Shown here piece after piece: positions 1 through 10,498 of a DNA stretch of 20,000 bases. Source of the stretch: Myxococcota bacterium (GTDB taxonomy: Bacteria; Myxococcota; Myxococcia; Myxococcales; Myxococcaceae); the NCBI GenBank assembly GCA_049322255.1, contig JBMORE010000149.1, positions 51,289 to 71,288 of the forward strand. Reading direction: 5' to 3'. A program made the translations under genes and the position numbers. Position 1 is the stretch's first letter; every line of letters starts with the position of its first letter. Under the pieces are notes generated by a model. The model was not told the DNA's origin and did not search any database. It saw nothing but the letters and a program-made list of their open reading frames with translations.

Positions 1-6
1 CGTTTT

Positions 7-79
7 GGGGCTGTAGCTCAGTTGGGAGAGCGCCAGCTTTGCAAGCTGGAAGTCGTCGGTTCGATCCCGATCAGCTCCA
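7..79 (+). tRNA. tRNA-Ala (anticodon TGC) in the 16S-23S spacer; 3' CCA not encoded
   Basis: Cloverleaf: acceptor GGGGCTG(7-13)/CAGCTCC(72-78) with the G3:U70 alanine identity pair; anticodon stem CCAGC/GCTGG with loop TTTGCAA (TGC at 40-42); T-loop TTCGATC; discriminator A79 followed by CAT. Confidence 0.98.
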
Positions 80-107
80 CATGATTCTCGGGTGCTGGTG
101 GCTCGGG

Positions 108-120
108 CGTTCTTTGACAA
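108..120 (+). promoter_or_regulatory. rRNA spacer boxA antitermination element
   Basis: CGTTCTTTGACAA resembles the boxA consensus TGCTCTTTAACA and lies between the spacer tRNA and 23S, as expected. Confidence 0.8.
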
Positions 121-283
121 GTGCATACGAAGGGTAGAAATCAATTTCTGCTGAGAAGAGTGCGCGCTTGGGCGATGAGTCTAAAGCGCGAAACGATTCT
201 CTCGGGTCTGCTGCGAAGAGCAGGGGCCTGGACCTTGATCTCGAGTTCCGACGCACCGCAAGGGGCGTTTTAGAGATTGAGGT
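121..283 (+). other. 5' arm of the pre-23S processing stem
   Basis: GTGCATACGAAGGGTAGAAATCAAT (121-145) is complementary to ATTGATTTCGCCCTTCGTGTGTAC (3373-3396). GGCCTGGACCTTGATCTCGAGTTCCGA (about 226-252) is complementary to TTGGAGCTCGAGGTCAAGGTCGAGGCC (3289-3315). Confidence 0.85.
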
Positions 284-3257
<2,974 letters not shown>

Positions 3258-3396
3258 ACCTTTTTCTCTGGGATGCCCTGCGGGGCTCTTGGAGCTCGAG
3301 GTCAAGGTCGAGGCCTTGTCGGCGCGCGTTAGGCGCGTGCTGGCCCCGAGTGAATCGTTCTTTCGCAGCGAGATTGATTTCGCCCTTCGTGTGTAC
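3258..3396 (+). other. 3' arm of the pre-23S processing stem (23S-5S spacer)
   Basis: Reverse-complementary to 121-283 in several blocks (see 5' arm). Confidence 0.85.
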
Positions 3397-3406
3397 GTAC
3401 CGCTTT

Positions 3407-3522
<116 letters not shown>

Positions 3523-3530
3523 TTTTTTTT

Positions 3531-3583
3531 GAAGCCCCCGCTTCGCCTTTCAAGAAGGGCGTACCGGGGGTTTCGCTTTTTTT
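3531..3583 (+). terminator. Intrinsic terminator of the rRNA operon
   Basis: Stem GAAGCCCCCG(3531-3540)/CGGGGGTTTC(3565-3574) with inner stem CGCCTTTC/GAAGGGCG, followed by a T7 tract (3577-3583). Confidence 0.85.
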
Positions 3584-3603
3584 CAGTCTAAGCCTGTGAA
3601 CGT

Positions 3604-3633
3604 TTGACGGGCTGGCAGCGTAAGGACTAAAGT
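3604..3633 (+). promoter_or_regulatory. Putative sigma70-type promoter for the kinase/kamA-like unit
   Basis: TTGACG(3604-3609)-18 nt-TAAAGT(3628-3633), in a locally AT-richer gap between the rRNA terminator and the kinase start. Confidence 0.5.
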
Positions 3634-3704
3634 TTATTCCTCGCCTCGCCGGGTTTGTGGCGCGCAAGTGGCTGATTTTATAGCCTCTTTGGGCTCGAGT
3701 AGTG

Positions 3705-6191
3705 ATGAAGAGACCTTCGGTCTTCGGCAAGTATCTGCTTCTTGAGCGTATCAACGTCGGCGGGATGGCAGAGGTGTTCATTGCCAAAGCGTTCGGGGTG
3801 GAGGGGTTCGAGAGAATTCTCGCGATCAAGAAGATTCTCCCCACGATGGCGGAGGATGAAGAATTCATCACGATGTTCATCGATGAGGCGCGAATCAGCG
3901 TTCAGCTGAACCACGCGAACATCGTGCACATCCACGAGTTGGGAAAGCACGACGCGACCTACTTCATTGCGATGGAGTACGTCGCCGGGCGAGACTTGCG
4001 CACCCTTCTCGAGCGTTACCGTCGGCGCAAGGAGGTGACGCCCACTGCGCAGGCAGTGTACGTCGCATCGAAGATATGCGAGGGGCTCGACTACGCGCAC
4101 CGCAAAAAGGACGCCCGCGGGCAAGAGCTGAACATCATTCACCGCGACGTCTCGCCGCAGAACATCCTCGTCTCGTACGAGGGCGAGGTGAAAATCATCG
4201 ACTTCGGCATCGCCAAAGCGGCGAACCGGTCACAGAAGACGCAGGCGGGAATCCTCAAAGGGAAGTTTGGCTACATGAGCCCCGAACAGGTGCGGGGGCT
4301 ACCCATCGATCGTCGCAGCGACGTATTCGCGGTGGGGGTCATTCTCTACGAGATGCTCACAGGCGAGAAGCTGTTCGTGGGCGAGTCGGACTTCTCGACC
4401 CTGGAAAAGGTGCGCAACGCCGAGGTGCCGCAGATGCGCCAGTTCAACCCCGGTATTCCGCCGGAGTTGGAGAAGGTGGTGCTGAAGGCCCTGGCGCGTG
4501 AGCAGGAGGATCGCTACCAGTGGGCAAGTGACCTGCAAGAAGACTTGATGCGCTTCCTATTGGCAGGAGATGCCATCTATTCCGCCAAGCAACTCGCTTC
4601 CTTCATGAGGGAGGCGTTCGCCGAAGATTTGCTCCGCGAAGCGGAGAAGATGGAGCGCTTCGCCTCGATCGAACGGCCCGATCAAATCGAGCCCACCGGA
4701 GTGACGGCGGCAGTCGATCGAAGCAAGCCTCGCTCACCACCATCCGTAGGGCCGCCGTCTCGCCCCAGTGGCCGGGCTTCGCTGTCAGCGCCGCAGACGG
4801 GGTATGCCGAGGCCGGGGTGGCCACCGGGAGCGAAGCGGGGGCGTTGGACGGCACCGTGGTCGGCGAGCGCACGCAAATCGTCGACCCGTCGACAGTCGG
4901 CAACGTCCCCTCGAACGAAGTGGCCTCCAACGGGGGGAGCGGCAACGGAGCGGTGAAGAACGACACGGGCGGGTCGATGAACCCACTCGACGATACGCTC
5001 CCTCCGCAAAGCGGGCGACGCGGCGGCAACAAACCTCAGGTCGTCATCGGCGATGCCAAGGGGTACACCGGGGCAACAGTGATCGGCCCGCTTCCCGAAC
5101 CCGTCTCCAAGGACGAAGTAGACGCTAGCCAACCTGGTCAGTCGACGTTGCTCTTCCCGAAGCGGACGAATGAGGAGGACGCTCACGAAGACGACGTTGG
5201 CGAAGCAACCGACGTCAGCCGCCGCGCGCTTTCGGAGGAAGCCGACGGCGGCGAGGGGCAGGACCTCGAGCCGAGCCAGTCGGTCAGCGTGACCTCTCTG
5301 ACCGGGCCGAGAAAGTTTTGGGTGCCGCTGTTCGATTCGTGGAGGACCAAGAAGTGGTTGCTCGCTGCGATGGGGGGCGTGGCCCTCGTCGCCGTCGCGG
5401 GCTTCGTGGCGCTCTTCAGTGGTGGCAGGACAGGCGGTGTGGCGGTGTCGGTGAGCCCGGAGACGGCACGTATCACCATCGGTGGCCAACAGGTTCGCAA
5501 CAACTTCGAGGCCCAGCTCGCCGAGGGCGAATATGACGTCTTGGCGGTGGCGATGGGCTACAAGCCTTCTCGGAAGAAAATCACCGTAGTGCGTGGCAAG
5601 AAGACGGCGCTGGTGATGGAGCTTACGCCCGACGCACCGCTGCCACCGCCGCCGGAGGTTGATCTCTCCCCGGAGGAGAGCGGTGCAGAGGTCGAGAAAA
5701 TCGAACCCCCGCGCGTTTTCACCGCGAAGTTCGTCACCGACGTCGCAGGAGTCGAGGTGCTGGTCGACGGAAAGTCCGTGGGTAAAACCCCCCACGCGAA
5801 GCTGGGAGACCTTCCATTGGGGAGGGTGTTCCAGGTGGTGGGAAAAAAGCCGGGGTTCCAGGCGTTCGAAGGGGAGTTCTCCGGCGACCGTGGCGGGGAG
5901 ATCGAGGTTCCGCTGGCGATGGTGCGAGCTCCTCCCAGGGACCCGCCGCCCAAGGCCCCGAGCAAGACCAAGGGCAATCTGGTGTGCGGCACCAGACCGG
6001 CGGGTGCCGAAGTATGGGTGGATGGAAAAAACACCGGGCGCCAGACGCCCATCCCCGTCTCCAACCCACTGGTGCTGCCGGTGGGGAAGCGCAAAGTCGT
6101 GTTCAAGCTCGACGGGAAGCAGAGCGGCCCGCACGAGGTCGACATCAAGGAAGATGAACCCACCAAGCTCCTGGGCATCGCCATCGAATAG
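3705..6191 (+). CDS. Membrane-anchored Hanks-type Ser/Thr protein kinase with C-terminal PEGA-like domains (828 aa)
   Basis: Motifs GGMAEVF, LAIKKI, HRDVSPQN, DFGIAK, GKFGYMSPEQ, RSDVFAVG; long low-complexity linker; TM helix WLLAAMGGVALVAVAGFVALFSG; three PEGA-like units (SVSPETARITIGG, VAGVEVLVDGKSVGKTP, RPAGAEVWVDGKNTGRQTP). ATG 3705 preferred over GTG 3702. Confidence 0.95.
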   Translation: MKRPSVFGKYLLLERINVGGMAEVFIAKAFGVEGFERILAIKKILPTMAEDEEFITMFIDEARISVQLNHANIVHIHELGKHDATYFIAMEYVAGRDLRTLLERYRRRKEVTPTAQAVYVASKICEGLDYAHRKKDARGQELNIIHRDVSPQNILVSYEGEVKIIDFGIAKAANRSQKTQAGILKGKFGYMSPEQVRGLPIDRRSDVFAVGVILYEMLTGEKLFVGESDFSTLEKVRNAEVPQMRQFNPGIPPELEKVVLKALAREQEDRYQWASDLQEDLMRFLLAGDAIYSAKQLASFMREAFAEDLLREAEKMERFASIERPDQIEPTGVTAAVDRSKPRSPPSVGPPSRPSGRASLSAPQTGYAEAGVATGSEAGALDGTVVGERTQIVDPSTVGNVPSNEVASNGGSGNGAVKNDTGGSMNPLDDTLPPQSGRRGGNKPQVVIGDAKGYTGATVIGPLPEPVSKDEVDASQPGQSTLLFPKRTNEEDAHEDDVGEATDVSRRALSEEADGGEGQDLEPSQSVSVTSLTGPRKFWVPLFDSWRTKKWLLAAMGGVALVAVAGFVALFSGGRTGGVAVSVSPETARITIGGQQVRNNFEAQLAEGEYDVLAVAMGYKPSRKKITVVRGKKTALVMELTPDAPLPPPPEVDLSPEESGAEVEKIEPPRVFTAKFVTDVAGVEVLVDGKSVGKTPHAKLGDLPLGRVFQVVGKKPGFQAFEGEFSGDRGGEIEVPLAMVRAPPRDPPPKAPSKTKGNLVCGTRPAGAEVWVDGKNTGRQTPIPVSNPLVLPVGKRKVVFKLDGKQSGPHEVDIKEDEPTKLLGIAIE

Positions 6192-6212
6192 GGCTTAGGG
6201 CATTCTTTCGCC

Positions 6213-7547
6213 ATGGCTCACGTCGAACAACCTTTCCACTACCCGGTCTTACGGCCCTTCGAGGAGCCCGACTGGACCCGGCTCCCCGGCTACAGCGGTG
6301 TCTCGAGGGAAGACTGGGAAAGCGCGCTGTGGCAGCGGCGGCACACGGTGAAGAGTCTCAAGGAGCTCAAGGAGGCGCTGGGCGGACTCCTGCCTGATGC
6401 GCTGGCCGCGTCGATCGAGCGGGACCAGAAGGAGCGGGCGACGATGTCGCTGCTCATCACCCCGCACATGCTCAACACGATGGACGAGGGAGACCTGTGG
6501 AGCGACCCCTTGCGGCGCTACATGCTGCCGGCGTTCGAGGATCGGCGAAGTGACTGGCCCAGCCATCCCAAGGCCTCACGAGACAGTCTGCACGAGGCGG
6601 ACATGTGGAAGGTGGAGGGTCTCACCCACCGATACCCGACGAAAGTATTGGCGGAGCTCCTCTCGACCTGCCCGCAGTACTGCGGCCACTGCACCCGCAT
6701 GGACCTGGTGGGCAACGACGTGCCGCAGGTGGAGAAGCATCGCTTTCAGGTGCCGCAGAAGGACCGCCACCAGCAGATCATCGACTACCTCAAGGCGACA
6801 CCTTCGGTGCGAGACGTGGTGGTCTCGGGGGGCGACATCGCCAACGTGCCGATTCAGCAGCTCGAGGCGTTCGTGAGCCAGCTGATCGAGATTCCGAACA
6901 TTCGCGACATCCGCCTGGCGAGCAAAGGGCTGATGGGAATACCCCAGCACTTCCTCCAGGACGCGGTGTTGCAGGCGATGGAGCGGCTGGCGAAGAAGGC
7001 ATTTGCCCACAATGTGGACTTGGCGCTGCACACCCACGTGAATCACGCCAACCAGGTGACACCGCTTTTGGGTAAGGCGGCAAAGAAGCTGCTCGAGGTG
7101 GGGTTGCGTGACGTGCGCAACCAGGGGGTGCTCCTGCGCGGGGTGAACGGCACGCCACGCGCGCTGCTCGAGCTGTCCTTCCGGCTGCTCGATGACGCGA
7201 AGATCCTCCCCTACTACTTCTACATGTGCGACATGATTCCCCACGCGGAGCACTGGCGGCTCTCGGTGGCTGAGGCGCAGCAGCTCCAGCACGACGTCAT
7301 GGGGTACTTGCCGGGGTTCGCCACCCCGCGGATGGTGTGCGACGTGCCCTTCGTGGGCAAACGCTGGGTGCACCAGGTGGCGGACTACGATCGAGAGAAG
7401 GGCATCACCTACTGGACGAAGAACTATCGCACCGGCATCGAGGCCGACGACGCGGATGCGCTCAGCCGTCGGTACGAATACTACGACCCCATCTACACGT
7501 TGCCGGAGTCGGGGCAGCGGTGGTGGCGAGAGCGCGCTGCGGCCTGA
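6213..7547 (+). CDS. KamA-family radical SAM/PLP 2,3-aminomutase, divergent paralog 1 (444 aa)
   Basis: GLTHRYPTKVL; CxxxCxxC motif CPQYCGHCTR; VRDVVVSGGD; HTHVNH; NQGVLLRGVN; PYYFYMCD; probable PLP lysine in CDVPFVGK rather than canonical DxPGGGGK. Confidence 0.9.
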   Translation: MAHVEQPFHYPVLRPFEEPDWTRLPGYSGVSREDWESALWQRRHTVKSLKELKEALGGLLPDALAASIERDQKERATMSLLITPHMLNTMDEGDLWSDPLRRYMLPAFEDRRSDWPSHPKASRDSLHEADMWKVEGLTHRYPTKVLAELLSTCPQYCGHCTRMDLVGNDVPQVEKHRFQVPQKDRHQQIIDYLKATPSVRDVVVSGGDIANVPIQQLEAFVSQLIEIPNIRDIRLASKGLMGIPQHFLQDAVLQAMERLAKKAFAHNVDLALHTHVNHANQVTPLLGKAAKKLLEVGLRDVRNQGVLLRGVNGTPRALLELSFRLLDDAKILPYYFYMCDMIPHAEHWRLSVAEAQQLQHDVMGYLPGFATPRMVCDVPFVGKRWVHQVADYDREKGITYWTKNYRTGIEADDADALSRRYEYYDPIYTLPESGQRWWRERAAA

Positions 7548-7569
7548 GCCGACCGGCCGCGAGGGTACA

Positions 7570-7659
7570 TCGACCCAGGGTCGAATTTTTCGCCGACGCC
7601 GGGCATCGCCGCCCCGAGGAGCGGTCAGGTGCTGGCGATGCCACGCCGCGATGTCGGCG
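7570..7659. terminator. Stem-loops between convergent genes (possible bidirectional terminator)
   Basis: TCGACC-CAG-GGTCGA (7570-7584) followed by ATTTTT; larger imperfect hairpin CGCCGAC(7591-7597)/GTCGGCG(7653-7659) enclosing GGCATCGCC(7602-7610)/GGCGATGCC(7634-7642). Confidence 0.45.
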
Positions 7660-7662
7660 CAC

Positions 7663-8332
7663 CTAAAAACGGAACCCCGACGCGGCGAGCGCGTTGCGGC
7701 GCTGCACCGCCGGGACGTCGATCGTCAGGGCCACGATGCGGGAGACGAGCAGGTATTCGGCTCCGATCATCCGGTAGGAGCCGGTCCCCTCGTCCTGGTC
7801 TGCCGTGAGCAGGAAGTAGGTGGCCAGGGCATCGAGTGCAATGAACGGCGACGCCCGGAGCCAGGGAGTGGGCGGACGGATCGGACCAGGGATTGCCGAG
7901 ATCTCCGTAGAGCGTTCCCGCCCAGGGGGCGACCACATCGAGCGCCACGACGGCGGGCAGCCAGCGGGAACGGACCAGCTCTCCGCTCGCGCTGGACGGT
8001 TCGAGTATCTGTTCGGTCGCGCGGCCGAGCACACTCGCCGTCGGCGCCAGCCACTCGGAGTCCGCGTCGCCGCGGATGGCGGCGCTGATGTACAGGCGTT
8101 CGGGCTCGGCGGTGACGGTCAACTCGTCTTCGGCCAAATTCAGTGGAGCGTCGGTGAGCCGCAACGCCCCGTTGGCTCGCTCGGCGTTCATGCCCAGGCG
8201 CCGGCCGGCTCGTTCGGCCGCGTCCAGGACTCGTTCGGGCTCGACGGAATACGTCGGACTCTCGACGGCGGCCCGGGTGATGGTGGTGCAGCCTGTGCAG
8301 ACGACAAGCCAGGCGATGATTGCCGCCCTCAT
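7663..8332 (-). pseudogene. Putative lipoprotein/membrane protein (about 222 aa if repaired) split by one frameshift near 7845-7885
   Basis: SD GAGGAGG before ATG 8332; signal-like MRAAIIAWLVVCTGC. GC3-rich coding runs to ..LGNPWSDPSAHS, then continues in the neighbouring frame (WLRASPFIALDALATYFLL...NALAASGFRF, TAG at 7663-7665). May be a sequencing indel rather than a true pseudogene. Confidence 0.7.
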
Positions 8333-8434
8333 GGTTGAACCCTCCTCGGCCGGGCTCCCCAACGCAGCTTTCGGCGACGTATTCATTCGCGCCCCATTGT
8401 GGGCGCAGCGTCAGGTGGGGTACGGACACGGCCG

Positions 8435-9613
8435 ATGAGACACGAGGCACGACAGCTTGCTGGAACGGAAGCATTTTTGTTCCCCGACGCCACACCGGAG
8501 AACTGGGGCGACTGGCGCTGGCAGATGCGTCATGCGGTGCGCTCTTTGGAAGTGCTCGAACGGCACGTACGGTTGACCGACGACGAGCGCGAGGGCTGCC
8601 GGAAGACGGCCTCGCTCTTCCGGTTGGGCATCTCTCCCTACTACTTGTCGCTCATTGATCCCGAGCACCCTTTCTGTCCCGTACGAATGCAGGCGATTCC
8701 GACCCGGGCGGAGGCGCGGGTGCGGCCGGGCGAGCTTCTCGACCCCTTGGGCGAGGACAAGACGCGGCCCGTCTCCGCCATCGTGCACCGTTACCCCGAC
8801 CGAGTGCTCTTCATGGCGCTGGACAGCTGCTCGGTCTACTGCCGGCACTGCACGCGGCGGCGCATCACCAAAGGAGGGGAGGCGGAGCTGGACCGCTCCC
8901 AACTTCAAAAGGGCATCGACTACGTGCGCGCCCACCCGCAGGTTCGTGACGTGCTGCTCTCCGGCGGCGACCCCTTGCTCCTCTCCGACGCGCGGCTGGA
9001 GGAGCTGCTTGGCGCGCTGCGCTCCATTCCCCACGTGGAAATCATCCGCATCGGCACTCGCCTTCCGGTGTGCCTGCCGATGCGGGTGACCGAGGCGCTC
9101 GCGAAGCTCTTGCGTCGCTATGCGCCACTGTACGTGGTGACGCACTTCAACCACCCCAAGGAGGTCACCCCCGAGGCGCGCGCGGCCTGCGAGCTCTTCG
9201 TCGATCACGGGGTGCCGGTGGAAAACCAGGCGGTGCTCATGCGCCGGGTGAACTCCTCGGCGCGCATCATCCAGGAGCTCTCGCACGCCTGCCTCGCGAT
9301 GCGGGTGCGCCCCTATTACCTGCATCAGATGGACGTGGCCCAGGGCCTCGAGCACCTGCGCACGCCGCTTTCCAAGGGGCTGGAGATCATCGACTCCTTA
9401 CGCGGGCATACCTCGGGGTTGGCGGTGCCCCACTTTGCGGTCGACCTACCCGGAGGCGGGGGGAAGGTCACCTTGCAGCCCCAGTACGTACTCGAGCGCG
9501 GCGCCCACCAGACGGTCTTCCGAAACTACAAGAACGAGCGCTACGTGTACCCCGAGCCGGAGGAGACGGACTGCAGCTGCCCCTACGACGAGGTCTGGCT
9601 GGCGCGGCGGTGA
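8435..9613 (+). CDS. kamA: KamA-family lysine 2,3-aminomutase-like radical SAM enzyme, paralog 2 (392 aa)
   Basis: WGDWRWQMRH; IVHRYPDRVL; CSVYCRHCTRRR; SGGDPLLLSD; IRIGTRLPV; THFNHPKE; RVRPYYLHQMD; LRGHTSGLAVPHFAVDLPGGGGK (PLP Lys); C-terminal DCSCPYD. Alternative start GTG 8399. Confidence 0.9.
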   Translation: MRHEARQLAGTEAFLFPDATPENWGDWRWQMRHAVRSLEVLERHVRLTDDEREGCRKTASLFRLGISPYYLSLIDPEHPFCPVRMQAIPTRAEARVRPGELLDPLGEDKTRPVSAIVHRYPDRVLFMALDSCSVYCRHCTRRRITKGGEAELDRSQLQKGIDYVRAHPQVRDVLLSGGDPLLLSDARLEELLGALRSIPHVEIIRIGTRLPVCLPMRVTEALAKLLRRYAPLYVVTHFNHPKEVTPEARAACELFVDHGVPVENQAVLMRRVNSSARIIQELSHACLAMRVRPYYLHQMDVAQGLEHLRTPLSKGLEIIDSLRGHTSGLAVPHFAVDLPGGGGKVTLQPQYVLERGAHQTVFRNYKNERYVYPEPEETDCSCPYDEVWLARR

Positions 9614-10081
9614 CTACTCCGCGGGAATGCCGTGCTCGACCACCGGAGGAGCGCCTTCGGCGGCCTCGAGCTCGACGGGTTGCTCATCGGAGAACCCGCG
9701 TTGGATTTTGATCTCCTCGGGGCCTTTCTTCGCGGCCTTCTTCGCCTCCGCCTTCTTCTCCAGGTCCTTCTCGGCGCTCTCGGCGGCGGCTTGCTCCTTT
9801 CGGGACATGCGGGCCGTGTAGCGGCTGAACTCCTTCTCGTCGACCTGATGTTTTTCGAGAACCTCTGACCGCGCCTTTTCCTGTTCGAGGGCGCGTTCGC
9901 GCGCCTCTTTCTTGGAGAGCTCGGAGGGTTTCTTGTCGCCGTACTTTTTGTCGATTTCCTTGAGCGCGGCTTTCTGGTCGGCGCGAATCTCAGCGACTTT
10001 TTGAGGATCGAGGTCGGCGGCGGCCGGGGCGGCCAAAGCGAGGTGAACGAGGGTCGCGGTGAGCAAGAGGCGGGCGGTCAC
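9614..10081 (-). CDS. Secreted hypothetical protein, highly charged and helical (155 aa)
   Basis: SD GGAGGTG before GTG 10081; Sec signal MTARLLLTATLVHLALAAPAAA-D; K/E-rich helical body; GC3-rich codons. Its stop abuts the kamA stop (TGA 9611-9613 / CTA 9614-9616). Confidence 0.85.
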   Translation of the reverse strand: MTARLLLTATLVHLALAAPAAADLDPQKVAEIRADQKAALKEIDKKYGDKKPSELSKKEARERALEQEKARSEVLEKHQVDEKEFSRYTARMSRKEQAAAESAEKDLEKKAEAKKAAKKGPEEIKIQRGFSDEQPVELEAAEGAPPVVEHGIPAE

Positions 10082-10125
10082 GGGGCACCTCCAAAGTGGG
10101 AAGAATGCTAGCGCAAACGGGTGAG

Positions 10126-10452
10126 TCAGCGCTGGCAGCTGGTGCAGCTGTCGTTGAACTGGGCGCAATTTTCCTGAGAGGCGACGCAGCGATTTTGCAT
10201 GTCGGCCCGGTCGGCATGGCGGCCGGCGATGTCGCAGACCTTGGTGCGCAGGTCACACACCTGAGAAGCCATGGAGCACCAGTCGCTGCACGAGGGCTCC
10301 TGGGCCTTGGCGCGGGCGTTCAGCTCTTCGAGCTTGGCGGCGTGCTGGTCCATCTGCTCATCGTCGCTCCCGGCCACGGTGGTGGGGACGTTCTTGGGGC
10401 AGCCGAGGAAAGCCAGGGCGGCGAAGGCAGCGGTCAGGAGAAGTCGGTTCAT
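10126..10452 (-). CDS. Small Cys-rich lipoprotein (108 aa)
   Basis: Signal with lipobox FLGC; mature part has 8 Cys spaced C-x3-C-x6-C-x6-C-x15-C-x6-C-x6-C-x2-C; GC3-rich codons. Confidence 0.88.
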   Translation of the reverse strand: MNRLLLTAAFAALAFLGCPKNVPTTVAGSDDEQMDQHAAKLEELNARAKAQEPSCSDWCSMASQVCDLRTKVCDIAGRHADRADMQNRCVASQENCAQFNDSCTSCQR

Positions 10453-10498
10453 GAGGAGGGCTTATTTCGTAAGACGCAGGCCTCGTCCAGTGGCAGCG

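Noticed and set aside
7545..7660. Selenocysteine/readthrough at the paralog 1 TGA followed by hairpins
   Set aside because: The protein appears complete at the TGA, the hairpins are not immediately 3' as for a bacterial SECIS, and a terminator between convergent genes explains them.
8435..9613. Calling paralog 2 epmB or glutamate 2,3-aminomutase
   Set aside because: It has the classic LAM DxPGGGGK loop and both substrate Asp residues, and no efp/epmA is adjacent. A role in EF-P modification cannot be excluded but is not supported from this window.
6213..10452. RiPP cluster (radical SAM enzymes plus Cys-rich precursor peptides)
   Set aside because: The radical SAM proteins are PLP-dependent KamA-type with no SPASM/RRE features. 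The Cys-rich proteins have Sec/lipoprotein signals and even Cys counts that fit periplasmic disulfides.
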